Below are positions 39,795 to 48,859 of a DNA stretch of 64,000 nucleotides, piece by piece. The position numbers and the translations under genes are program-made. The DNA is taken from NCBI GenBank assembly GCA_963771465.1, contig CAVYTU010000002.1:69973-133972 (forward strand), written 5' to 3'. This stretch comes from an uncultured delta proteobacterium. GTDB taxonomy: Bacteria > Desulfobacterota > Binatia > UBA9968. Below the pieces are notes generated by a model. It was given only the letters and a program-made list of their open reading frames with translations, was not told the origin of the DNA and made no database searches. How positions within the stretch are numbered: position 1 is the first letter of the stretch; each line of letters begins with the position of its first letter.

Positions 39795-41085
39795 ATGGAA
39801 ACGCATCACTTATCAGGAAAGTATGCCATTGCCGGTTTGGGAATGGTGGTCGGCGTGCCGGAAAAAGAGTTGGAGAAACGCAAAGCGGAAGTGCCGGGTC
39901 ATCCCATGCTCGAACACGCGATTCCCTCGCCCGTGCTCGAGCTCTCGGCGAAAGATCTCGAAGCTGAAGCGGCGCGGCGCGCCATCGAAGACGCGGGCTT
40001 GATCAACAAGGACATCGACGGCGCGGTCCATGTCCACGGCGGTCCGAGAAGCGGCCGCGGCGTCATCGAGCATATGGATGCGTTTCCGCGCATGCTGGGT
40101 CTGCCGGTTAACTTTTATTATCACTGCGGCCGCGGCGGCGGTTGGGGTACCATCGGCATCATCACCGCTTTGTCGTTTCTAGAATTGGGGCTGGCGAAAT
40201 ATGTAGTCATCGCCGGATCGCGCGAAGATTGGACGCGCAGCCATTCCCGAGAAGTTCGTAGCCAAGGGGTTCGCGGCCAGTTAAATCTGGCGACGGTGGC
40301 CGGCATGTGGGGACCGACTTTTGGCCGAACTGCAGCGGCCCACGACCACAGCATGTTTGCCGCGCGCCACAAATATGAATACGGCACGACCGAAGAACAG
40401 TTTGGCGCGGCAGCGCTTCAAGTGCGCGCTTGGGCTTGTAAGAATCCGCTGGCGCGCATGTACGGCCGCCCCGCGACGATGGAAGATTATCTGGCCTCAC
40501 CGAAATACATCGAACCCTACCACTTGATGGATATGGCCGTGACCACTGATGGCGCCGTCGCTTTCGTGTTGACCTCGATGGAGCGGGCGCGCGATTGCAC
40601 CAAGCCGCCGGTCGCCGTGCTCGGCATCGGCTATGGCGACGCGCAGGGCGGTCAGTGGTGGGAAGGCGCGCGCGCACTACACGCGGCTGCCGGTGGCGAA
40701 GGCCAAGGAAGCTGCCTTCGGTCAAGCCGGCATCACAGTCAAAGACATCGACGTCGCGCAGTTCTATGATTGCTTTACCGCTGAGCTGATTTTTCAGCTC
40801 GAAGATTACGGCTGGTGCGCCAAAGGCGAAGGCGGCGCCTACGTTGAGGCCGGCCATATCGGCCCCGGCGGCGATACACCGGCGAATACCAGCGGCGGGC
40901 TGCTATCGGCTTATCATCTAGCCGACATGACCGGGCTCTCCGAAGCGGTTTTCCAATTGCGCGGTGAAGCCGCTGAGCGGCAGATAGACAACGCGCGCGT
41001 TTCATTAATCACCGGACACGGCGGCGAAGTATTCGCGCCCGGCATGTGTTCGATCCACACCAGCTTGGTTTTAGGGAGGCCGTGA
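39795..41085 (+). CDS. thiolase-like (SCP-x / DUF35-partner type) protein; reading frame broken once (track ORFs 39795-40769 and 40633-41085)
   Basis: ...VAVLGIGYGDAQGGQWWEG continues as AHYTRLPVAKAKEAAFGQAGITVKDIDVAQFYDCFT...NTSGGLLSAYH after a shift inside the (gc)5 run at ~40666-40676. Confidence 0.7.
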
Positions 41086-41501
41086 TGGCTTGGAATAAAC
41101 CGGTTCCAGTGGTTGAAAAAGCCATGAAGCCCTTTTGGGCTGGGCTCAAGGATCACCGTTTCTTGTTGATGAAATGCGACGAATGCGGCGCGTGGTATTG
41201 GCCGGCAACTTACTGCCGCAACCATCGCAACAAACCGTTCTTCGGCAGCCTGTCGTGGACCGACGCCAGCGGGAGCGGCAAGATTATTTCATTCAACATC
41301 ACGCGGGTGGCCATGCGGCCTGCGTTCAAGGACGACACGCCCTATGTCTACGCGCTGATTCAATTGAACGAAGGACCGATCATCTCGAGCAACATAATTA
41401 ATTGCCCAGCCGAGTCGGTCCATATCGACATGCCCGTCCGCGTCGTGTACCGCGACGTTGAGGACATCAACCTGACAATTCCTTATTTCGAGCCGGCATG
41501 A
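41085..41501 (+). CDS. DUF35 OB-fold / zinc-ribbon protein (thiolase partner)
   Basis: Start overlaps the thiolase stop (TGATG). FLLMKCDECGAWYWPATYCRNH zinc ribbon followed by an OB-fold region. Confidence 0.75.
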   Translation: MAWNKPVPVVEKAMKPFWAGLKDHRFLLMKCDECGAWYWPATYCRNHRNKPFFGSLSWTDASGSGKIISFNITRVAMRPAFKDDTPYVYALIQLNEGPIISSNIINCPAESVHIDMPVRVVYRDVEDINLTIPYFEPA

Positions 41502-41600
41502 TTCGCAATCCGCGCCTTTCAGCAAAATTGAGCGATCGCAGGCTATCCGCACGGGCGTCAAGAAAATCAATGGACGATAAGCGACAACCGAGACGGCGCG

Positions 41601-43760
41601 ATGAGTGATGCTTGGAAATCCGACCTTCGACCTTTGTTCAACCCAAGATCGATCGCGCTGATCGGCGCTTCGGAATCTTCATCCAGAGCGCGGGCAGTTT
41701 TCAATAATTTGCGCGAGTTCGGCTATCGGGGAGAAATCTTTCCGGTCAATCCGACACGCAGCGAGGTTTTTGGTCTTAAGTGTTATCCGAGTGTAATCGC
41801 CATTCCCGCGACCATTGACGCGTTCATCATGGCGATCCAGCGCGATCGCGTCATCCCAGCCCTAGAAGCATGCGTAGAAAAAGGCGTCCAGGCCGGCGTC
41901 ATCGTATCCGCCGGATTTGCTGAAGCCTCAGCCGAAGGCAGGGTGCTGCAAGATCAGCTGACGAAAATCGCCGATGCAGCGAAGATTCGAATCTGCGGCC
42001 CAAACTGCTTTGGCATTGCGAATATTCACGATCGAGTCGCGCTGTTGCTCGGCACCGACGTGCGCCACGTCCAGCCGGGCAAGATCGGCCTGCTCTTTCA
42101 GAGCGGCGGACTATTGAATCTGATGTTGCTCGCGGCCTGGGACCGAGGTTGGGGCGTGAGCCATGCGATTTCCTGCGGCAACGAAGCTGTCGTCCACGTC
42201 GCTCACTACACCGAATATTTGGTAAGAGACGACCGCACTCAAGTGGTAGGAATTCTCGCCGAAGGGATCAGAGACCCAGAAAGGTTTCTCACTATCGCCA
42301 AGTTGGCCGCTGAACTTGAGAAGCCGTTGATCGTTCTAAAGATCGGCAAATCGGCAAAGGGCGTGACGGCAGCTCAAGCGCACACGGGAACTCTCGTTGG
42401 CTCGGACGCGGCATTCCATGCCGTATGCACTCAGTACGGTGTGGTACGAGTGCACGACCTCGATGATTTTATCGAGACCGTCGAGCTGTTCTCGAAACGA
42501 AAGAAATTGCGCGGCGATCGGCTTGGCTTCATCGCGCCATCAGGCGCGGAGTGTGGGCTAATAGCAGATATCGCAACCGATGAGGGGATTGAATTGCCGG
42601 AGTTTTCACCAAAGACGGTGGACCGACTCAAGGAAGTGCAATCGCCGTTTCTCTCGATCCGCAATCCGATGAATGCGCCGGAGCAGTACACGCGCAAAGG
42701 CGAAATCTTTAACGCATGCGTCGAAGCGCTGATCGAGGATGAAAACATCGACATCCTCGGCCTCAGACTGCCGCTGCCAAGACTGCGGGAAGACAAAGAT
42801 GTCGTGAACCGATTCGCCGACATCGTGAAGGCTGGAGAACAAACTGACAAACTCTTGATCGTCTTTTCGCGCGCGTCGGTTAGTTTGCCGGAGTATTGGC
42901 GTCAGCTGTTGCGCGAGCATCAGATTCCCTTTCTCTTGGAATACCGCAAAGGATTCAGGGCGCTAAAATCTTTATTGAACTACCACCACTTTCTTCAAAA
43001 GCGCGGAACGGCTACGCAGTCGCGTACTCGGGTCGAAGCAGACTTAAGCAAAGTAAAAAACCTGCTCGATTGCGCCGGTCGAATACTGACCGAGCGGCAG
43101 AGCAAACAAATCCTCTCCGAATATGGAATTCCCGTCGCGGTGGAATCCCTCGCGACGAATGTCGACGAAGCGGTCGCCATCGCAAACCAGATCGGTTATC
43201 CGGTCGTGCTGAAAATCGAGTCGCCCGAGATCACGCACAAGACCGACGCTGGCGCGGTTGAAATCGGCATAACCGGCGACGCGGAAGTGCGCGCCGGCTT
43301 TAACCGAATCATCAGTAACGCCAAGTCCTATAATCCCACCGCGCGGATCAACGGCGTGTTGGTCCAGGAAATGGTTCGCGGCGGCCGAGAGATGATCATC
43401 GGCATGACCCAAGATCCGCAGTGGGGACCGACAATCGTCGTCGGACTCGGCGGCCTATTCGTCGAGGTGTTGAAAGACATCGCCATACGGCGTGCGCCGC
43501 TGAATAGGTCAGACGTCGAAGCGATGCTGCACGAACTGAAGGGTGGAAGAATTCTTCATAGCTTCAGAGGTCAAGCAGCCGCGGATATCGATGCATTTAT
43601 CGAGATCGTTTTGCGCTTTTCTCAACTCTGTGTCGATCTCAAAGACGAGGTTGAAGAGATCGACATCAATCCACTACTGGTTTTCGACATCGGCAAAGGC
43701 GCCAAGGTAGTTGACTGTTTGATCACGCGCCGACCTACAATCGAACTAATTCGCGCCTAG
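41601..43760 (+). CDS. ADP-forming acyl-CoA synthetase (fused CoA-binding / ligase / ATP-grasp domains)
   Basis: 719 aa. LFNPRSIALIGASE...NPTRSEVFGLKCYPSV N-terminus. C-terminal ATP-grasp region (GYPVVLKIESPEITHKTDAGAV). Confidence 0.8.
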   Translation: MSDAWKSDLRPLFNPRSIALIGASESSSRARAVFNNLREFGYRGEIFPVNPTRSEVFGLKCYPSVIAIPATIDAFIMAIQRDRVIPALEACVEKGVQAGVIVSAGFAEASAEGRVLQDQLTKIADAAKIRICGPNCFGIANIHDRVALLLGTDVRHVQPGKIGLLFQSGGLLNLMLLAAWDRGWGVSHAISCGNEAVVHVAHYTEYLVRDDRTQVVGILAEGIRDPERFLTIAKLAAELEKPLIVLKIGKSAKGVTAAQAHTGTLVGSDAAFHAVCTQYGVVRVHDLDDFIETVELFSKRKKLRGDRLGFIAPSGAECGLIADIATDEGIELPEFSPKTVDRLKEVQSPFLSIRNPMNAPEQYTRKGEIFNACVEALIEDENIDILGLRLPLPRLREDKDVVNRFADIVKAGEQTDKLLIVFSRASVSLPEYWRQLLREHQIPFLLEYRKGFRALKSLLNYHHFLQKRGTATQSRTRVEADLSKVKNLLDCAGRILTERQSKQILSEYGIPVAVESLATNVDEAVAIANQIGYPVVLKIESPEITHKTDAGAVEIGITGDAEVRAGFNRIISNAKSYNPTARINGVLVQEMVRGGREMIIGMTQDPQWGPTIVVGLGGLFVEVLKDIAIRRAPLNRSDVEAMLHELKGGRILHSFRGQAAADIDAFIEIVLRFSQLCVDLKDEVEEIDINPLLVFDIGKGAKVVDCLITRRPTIELIRA

Positions 43761-43810
43761 AGTGCGAAATGATCGAGCCGCAGATGAACAACGGACATGG
43801 ATCCGCCGAG

Positions 43811-44863
43811 CTAGCGATTCAAATATTTTTTCATCAGCCCGTTGATATAACCTTGGATCGACGGTGACACGACCAAGAGTTGGCGCAGCAGAGGATCGAC
43901 TTCGGCGGCCAAAAGCATTTGCGCGTCTTCGCCGCTGACTTTTTTCAGTTCCGTCTTAAACTCTGGGTCCTCTTTCATGCGCGCAAAGCCGTCGCGCAGT
44001 TGGCGCAATAAATTCGCCGGCGTCTTTGGCGCGGCATGAAGCGGCCGCCCAACGCTATCGGTGCCGGCAAATATCGTGTACGCCTGCCACGGCGCGCCGC
44101 TCGGCCGTTGCTCCTTGGCCAAGTCTTCAAACACCGGAACGTCGGGGAACTCGCTGCGTCTTTGGAAAGAGCCGTTGGCGGTCAACATGCCCTGCTGGAC
44201 AAACGGAGTGTAGCCCTGCGCGACGAATTTCAGGAGTGTCGGCAGAGTCGCCGTAGGATAGATGTCGGTTTCGTTTCGTTCAAAGGCGAGCTGAATCTCG
44301 CCGCCACCGGGATAGCCTTGCACCCAACGAACGTTCCATTTGAGAAACTCCGCGCCCCAAAGAAAGATCGCGTTCCAGCTTTCATCGCCGGAACGAACGC
44401 CGACTTTGAGCGGTTCGCCAGCGCCGGTCAGGCGCTCGAGACTTTTTTTCCGGATCAGCGCCACCGAAGTGCCGCGCCGCACACTGCCGACCACCGGCCA
44501 GCGGGTTAGATCATGCTTGGCTTCTTTAACGCCCATGGCTTGCTGATTGATACTCGTCGTACTGGTGTAGTGCAGGGTCAAGCCGTCGGGTTTGGCGAAC
44601 AGCTCAAACCAATTGCTCGCCACCGTGCCGCCGGCGCCAGGCATATTTTGCACCAGCATCGTCGGGTGACCCAGAATGTGAAGGCCGAAGAAGCGCGCCA
44701 TCATGCGCGCCTCGGCATCCACTCCACCGCCGCCGGGAAAGCCGGCGATGATGCGAATGGTCTTGCCCTTGAAATAGTTTTCTTGCCCGGAGACCAGGCT
44801 TTGCTTTGCCCAGAAACAAATCCAGACCACAGAAACCATCAAACAGCCGGTTTTGATCCGCAT
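43811..44863 (-). CDS. Bug/TctC family periplasmic substrate-binding protein
   Basis: GGAGGA SD before the ATG at 44863. YFKGKTIRIIAGFPGGGGVDAEAR...VQNMPGAGG. Confidence 0.8.
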   Translation of the reverse strand: MRIKTGCLMVSVVWICFWAKQSLVSGQENYFKGKTIRIIAGFPGGGGVDAEARMMARFFGLHILGHPTMLVQNMPGAGGTVASNWFELFAKPDGLTLHYTSTTSINQQAMGVKEAKHDLTRWPVVGSVRRGTSVALIRKKSLERLTGAGEPLKVGVRSGDESWNAIFLWGAEFLKWNVRWVQGYPGGGEIQLAFERNETDIYPTATLPTLLKFVAQGYTPFVQQGMLTANGSFQRRSEFPDVPVFEDLAKEQRPSGAPWQAYTIFAGTDSVGRPLHAAPKTPANLLRQLRDGFARMKEDPEFKTELKKVSGEDAQMLLAAEVDPLLRQLLVVSPSIQGYINGLMKKYLNR

Positions 44864-44915
44864 CGATGAATCCTCCGTAGCATGAGTGAGCAGACCTCGT
44901 GTCAAACTCGGGCTG

Positions 44916-45764
44916 CTAACGAATCACGGTGCTCGCGCTCAGGGGTTTGGCAGCCTGGTGAAAACGCTGAAACCAAATATCTTCGTCGATGGCGCCGGCA
45001 TAGGCTGATTTGAGAATTTCAACCGTCGCCGGCTCGATCTCACCGCGGACGATCGCTTCGACGCGCTCGTCGGTGAGCGGCTGACCGAATTGAAAGTTGC
45101 GACCTTTCAATCGGATCGTGGAAAACTCGCGAACGATTTCCAAAGCGATACGAGCGTCTTCTTCGGTCTTGACCCATTGATAGAGCGGATGGCGCGCTTC
45201 GAGGGCGTCGCCATGAGACATCTCATCGTGCAAGATGATTTTCCCCGTCTCGGATAACAGCTGCTCGTAGACAGCGCCCTTCAGGCCAACCACGCCATAG
45301 GCGACGGAGCCCGCGCCACCGCTGTTAAAAGATCCTGCGGCGCCGTGCAGCGGCGACAGCTTCTCCCAAGCGCGGCGCCGCTTCTGCTCTTCGCGTTGCC
45401 ACACGGACCAATCCGCGTTGCCCCGTTCCGCGTCCAAGTCCTTCCAATCCACATGCGCGCCGCCGAGGCCTTCAAGAACATAGGCGAGCATCGCGTAGTG
45501 GCGCGTTTCGTAGTAGTGCTCACGCAGTTCGGCGACAATCGCCTCGCGCGTCATCCCACGATCGACCTTGTCGACCTGCTCGCTCAGTTCGCCCTGGGAA
45601 ATCTCGCGCAGATTACGCAGCTCACGCGACACCTGGCTCTTGAGCCAAAATAAGTGCTGAGCCAGCGGTCTCGGCTGAGAGAAAAATGTCCGCGCCACCT
45701 CGGCCTCACCGGCGCGGAACCTAGCGGCGACGTCTTCGATTTCGGCCATACAATTTACACTCAT
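44916..45764 (-). CDS. hypothetical protein with two ExxH motifs (possible ferritin-like/di-iron fold; speculative)
   Basis: 282 aa. ETRH (residues 86-89) and EMSH (181-184). Mostly helical-looking sequence. No family recognised. Confidence 0.5.
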   Translation of the reverse strand: MSVNCMAEIEDVAARFRAGEAEVARTFFSQPRPLAQHLFWLKSQVSRELRNLREISQGELSEQVDKVDRGMTREAIVAELREHYYETRHYAMLAYVLEGLGGAHVDWKDLDAERGNADWSVWQREEQKRRRAWEKLSPLHGAAGSFNSGGAGSVAYGVVGLKGAVYEQLLSETGKIILHDEMSHGDALEARHPLYQWVKTEEDARIALEIVREFSTIRLKGRNFQFGQPLTDERVEAIVRGEIEPATVEILKSAYAGAIDEDIWFQRFHQAAKPLSASTVIR

Positions 45765-45858
45765 TGCTACCGTCTCCTCCTATCGAAAGAATTCTCTCGT
45801 GCCACGTTCAGAAGCGAATTTCTTCCTTTGCGTGCGCCCTTTGCAGTTGATTTCTTAT

Positions 45859-47031
45859 TTAACCCAACCGCGAAAACAATCTCTGCGCATTCACTGCTAA
45901 AATTTTTTTCTTGGCGCTCGCCAACAGTCCGGGCCGTTCGATGGCACTGCGCGCGGCGTGTGGCCAGGTTGTTCCGGGATGAGGATAGTCGGTGGCGAAA
46001 AGCCAAATGTCCTCGCCCAACTCTTGAATACAATGTTCGACGTAGCGCTCGTCCGCGTCGATGGAATGAAATAGCCGCCCTTCGGCCAACACTTCAGACG
46101 GCTTGCGCTTGAGCTGTGGCGCCAGATTAGGTTTTGAAGCGTAGCTGTCGTCAAGTCGTTCGATTAGCCAAGGCAGCCAGCCCGCGCCGGTTTCAAATAG
46201 GCCCACGCGAAGCCGCGGAAAGAGCTCGAACACGCCGCCGCCGATGAGCGCGCCAATCGCCGTCATTCCGCCCCAGGGTTGATAGACCGCGCGAATGATG
46301 AAACCGGCGTGATCGAGTGCGACCGCGCCCGGCCCATGCGGCGCGCGCAGCACGCCGCCGTGCACTAAGATCGGAAGATCTAGATTCTGCGCGCATTGGA
46401 ACAAAGGCTGCAGATCGGGATTGTCCAGTAACTTTCCATCCGCGCACACCGGCGGGATAAGAATACCGGCGAGATTTGCATCGTGCTCGGCCCAATAAGT
46501 GATCTCGTCTACGCTCGCGCCAATGTCACGCATGGTTGCGATCGCACTCCAGCGCAAACGCCCTTTCGCACCGGCGCAATAGTTTTGCATGTAACGATGA
46601 TAAGCGTGGTGCAGCGCACTCTCGAAGCCAACGTCCCGGAGAATGCAATAACTCGCCGCGTGACTGGGAAAGATCACGCTGGTATCGATGCCGGCTTCGT
46701 CCATATCTTTTAGCCGAATCGCAGGATCCCAATTTACCGCCTGCGGAATTCGGTTGCCGCGATGAACGCGCGCGACGGTGGGCCGCTCGGCGCCGAAAGT
46801 ATCGTAGACTCCCAGCGGGCGATATTCGTCAGAAGGCTCGATGATCGCTTGCGGGTGCATGAACAGGTCGGTCGGCAGCCCGGCGTCGCGCCGCTTGGCG
46901 ACGGCGCTGGATAATTGTTCGAACGCGGCGCGATATTCAGGATCGATATGTTCTCGATAAGTCCGATCGACATCGACATACTCGCGAATATGCGAGTCGG
47001 CATCGATGACGGTTAAACCGTCGTAGCTCAT
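45859..47031 (-). CDS. amidohydrolase-2 family protein (ACMSD-like metal-dependent hydrolase/decarboxylase)
   Basis: MSYDGLTVIDADSHIREY... N-terminus. GGAGG SD before the ATG at 47031. ~390 aa. Confidence 0.65.
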   Translation of the reverse strand: MSYDGLTVIDADSHIREYVDVDRTYREHIDPEYRAAFEQLSSAVAKRRDAGLPTDLFMHPQAIIEPSDEYRPLGVYDTFGAERPTVARVHRGNRIPQAVNWDPAIRLKDMDEAGIDTSVIFPSHAASYCILRDVGFESALHHAYHRYMQNYCAGAKGRLRWSAIATMRDIGASVDEITYWAEHDANLAGILIPPVCADGKLLDNPDLQPLFQCAQNLDLPILVHGGVLRAPHGPGAVALDHAGFIIRAVYQPWGGMTAIGALIGGGVFELFPRLRVGLFETGAGWLPWLIERLDDSYASKPNLAPQLKRKPSEVLAEGRLFHSIDADERYVEHCIQELGEDIWLFATDYPHPGTTWPHAARSAIERPGLLASAKKKILAVNAQRLFSRLG

Positions 47032-47047
47032 CGTGACACCTCCACGC

Positions 47048-48763
47048 TCACAAATTTCGCACACTCAATTTTCGCGCCAACACCGTGGCCGTGATCAAAA
47101 AGAGTATGATCATCACACCTAACGCCGCCGTGGACGGCACTTCGCCATTGTTCCATAGCTCCCAAACCATGACCGGCACCACGATGGTGCTCGGACTATA
47201 GAGCATGATCACAGAACCGATCGCCCGTCCAACCGCGATGGCGGAGAAAATCCAGCCGTTGATAAATGCCGGCATCAACAAGGGCAACGTGATGCGCCAA
47301 AATGTTCTCAGCCACGAACCGCCGCTCGCGTAGGATGCTTCTTCGAGTTCTTTATGCAACTGCGCCATCGCCGCATTCATCACCCGAGTACTGAAGGAAA
47401 TTCTTCCCGTGACATAGGCCGCGAGCAAGATCCAAATCGTGCCATAGATCGGGATGGGCAAAACCAAGTAAACCCACATGAGCGAGACGCCGGTGACGAT
47501 CCCAGGGATAGCGTGGGGCAAGAAGGTGAGGATATCGAGGAGGCGCCGGCCGCGCGACTGACCTTTGACGATAAACCAGGAGATCACCGAGCAGATCAAC
47601 ATGGTCACCGTCGGCGCGAGTAGGATCATGACAACGCTGTTGCGGAACGCCAAGCCGACTTTGGGGATCTCCCAAATTGCGCGGTAGTTTTCCCAGGAGA
47701 GTTTCTTCAGCGCTTGGGCCGATGGGATTTGATAGAACGGCAACAGCGAAGCCCAGAGGAGAATCAGCAACGGCAAGATCACCGTGAGCAGGAAATAGCC
47801 GGCGAAGAGCGCCAGCGCGGCGTATTTCCAGACGCCGAGGTCGATAACCTTGGGGCGATAGGCTTTGCCTGTAATGGTCGCGAAGCGATCGGCCTGGTTA
47901 AGAATTTTCCCATAGAGATAAATCAGCACGGCGCTAATGACCAGAAGCAAAACCGCGTAGGTGCTCACCAGACCGTAATCCGTCGGCGGTTGGCTCGCGG
48001 CAAGATAGATTCGTAACGCCATCACGTGAATCCCGGCGCGCAGACCGATCACGCCGGGAATTTCGAACGACTCCATTGCCGAAATCAAAACATAAATGTA
48101 CGCAGCGAGAATCGACGGCAGCAGCACTCTGAGTGTCACGCCCCACAACGTCCGCAACAATCCGCCGCCCGCCACCGCGGAAGCTTCCTCAAGAGCCGGG
48201 TCCATGCGCCGAAACGCGCCGGCGATCATTAGAAAAGTCACCGGGATCAGGTGCAACCCTTCGAGAAAGATCATGCCCGACAGGCTATAAATATTGATCG
48301 GCGCTTCCGCCAAATCGAAAATCCAGCGCAGCGACAAATTGATCACGCCGATCTGCGGGCTCAGCAACAGCACCCAACCGATGGAAAACAACACACCCGG
48401 CACGGCGACCGGCACCGGCATCAAGGCGTAAAGCGTTTCTTTGCACGGCACGTTGGTGCGCTCGAGCAGCCAGGCGAAGATGACCCCGAAAAAGAGCGCG
48501 ATCAGCGCCGCGCTTACCGCGAAAACCACCGTCGTGCCGAACACTGAATAGGTGCGCGGATCGCCGTAGGCGTTGGCGTAATTTTTCAGCGTAAGCTCGG
48601 AAGGAAAACCGATCGGCGCCGAGCGAAAGCTGCTCCATAACAAAAACAGTAGCGGCACCACCACCAGGTAGAGCACCAAAGCGACGACGCCGGCGAGTAG
48701 AAAGCTCTGACCGTTCCACCGCGCCAGCAGACTGTGTCGTGCGGTCAACCCTATGGATGTCAT
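47048..48763 (-). CDS. ABC transporter permease, duplicated (two fused permease domains; FbpB/ThiP-like)
   Basis: 571 aa, ~12 TM. Two EAA loops: LEEASAVAGGGLLRTLWGVTL and LEEASYASGGSWLRTFWRITL. Confidence 0.8.
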   Translation of the reverse strand: MTSIGLTARHSLLARWNGQSFLLAGVVALVLYLVVVPLLFLLWSSFRSAPIGFPSELTLKNYANAYGDPRTYSVFGTTVVFAVSAALIALFFGVIFAWLLERTNVPCKETLYALMPVPVAVPGVLFSIGWVLLLSPQIGVINLSLRWIFDLAEAPINIYSLSGMIFLEGLHLIPVTFLMIAGAFRRMDPALEEASAVAGGGLLRTLWGVTLRVLLPSILAAYIYVLISAMESFEIPGVIGLRAGIHVMALRIYLAASQPPTDYGLVSTYAVLLLVISAVLIYLYGKILNQADRFATITGKAYRPKVIDLGVWKYAALALFAGYFLLTVILPLLILLWASLLPFYQIPSAQALKKLSWENYRAIWEIPKVGLAFRNSVVMILLAPTVTMLICSVISWFIVKGQSRGRRLLDILTFLPHAIPGIVTGVSLMWVYLVLPIPIYGTIWILLAAYVTGRISFSTRVMNAAMAQLHKELEEASYASGGSWLRTFWRITLPLLMPAFINGWIFSAIAVGRAIGSVIMLYSPSTIVVPVMVWELWNNGEVPSTAALGVMIILFLITATVLARKLSVRNL

Positions 48764-48838
48764 GCTGAGCTAAGCGAAGCATCTCGCAGGTTCACGCTAT
48801 TGCGGATACGAGATCGTTCGCCTTCAGTTGAGAACGAC
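48759..48838. repeat. REP-like imperfect hairpin (gtcatgctgagc...aagcgaagcatctcg type) between the SBP and permease genes
   Basis: Left arm gtcatgctgagctaagcgaagcatctcg; right arm cgagatcgttcgccttcagttgagaacgac. The left arm overlaps the annotated permease start codon. Confidence 0.5.
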
Positions 48839-48859
48839 ATGGCGACCTACCCGCCGTTG

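Noticed and set aside
274-41085. Interpreting the six frame-broken genes as true pseudogenes or as programmed frameshifts.
   Set aside because: One of them is essential infB. The breaks sit mostly in short homopolymer or simple-repeat runs, and there are no slippery heptamer/stimulator contexts that I can see. Assembly indels are the simpler explanation.
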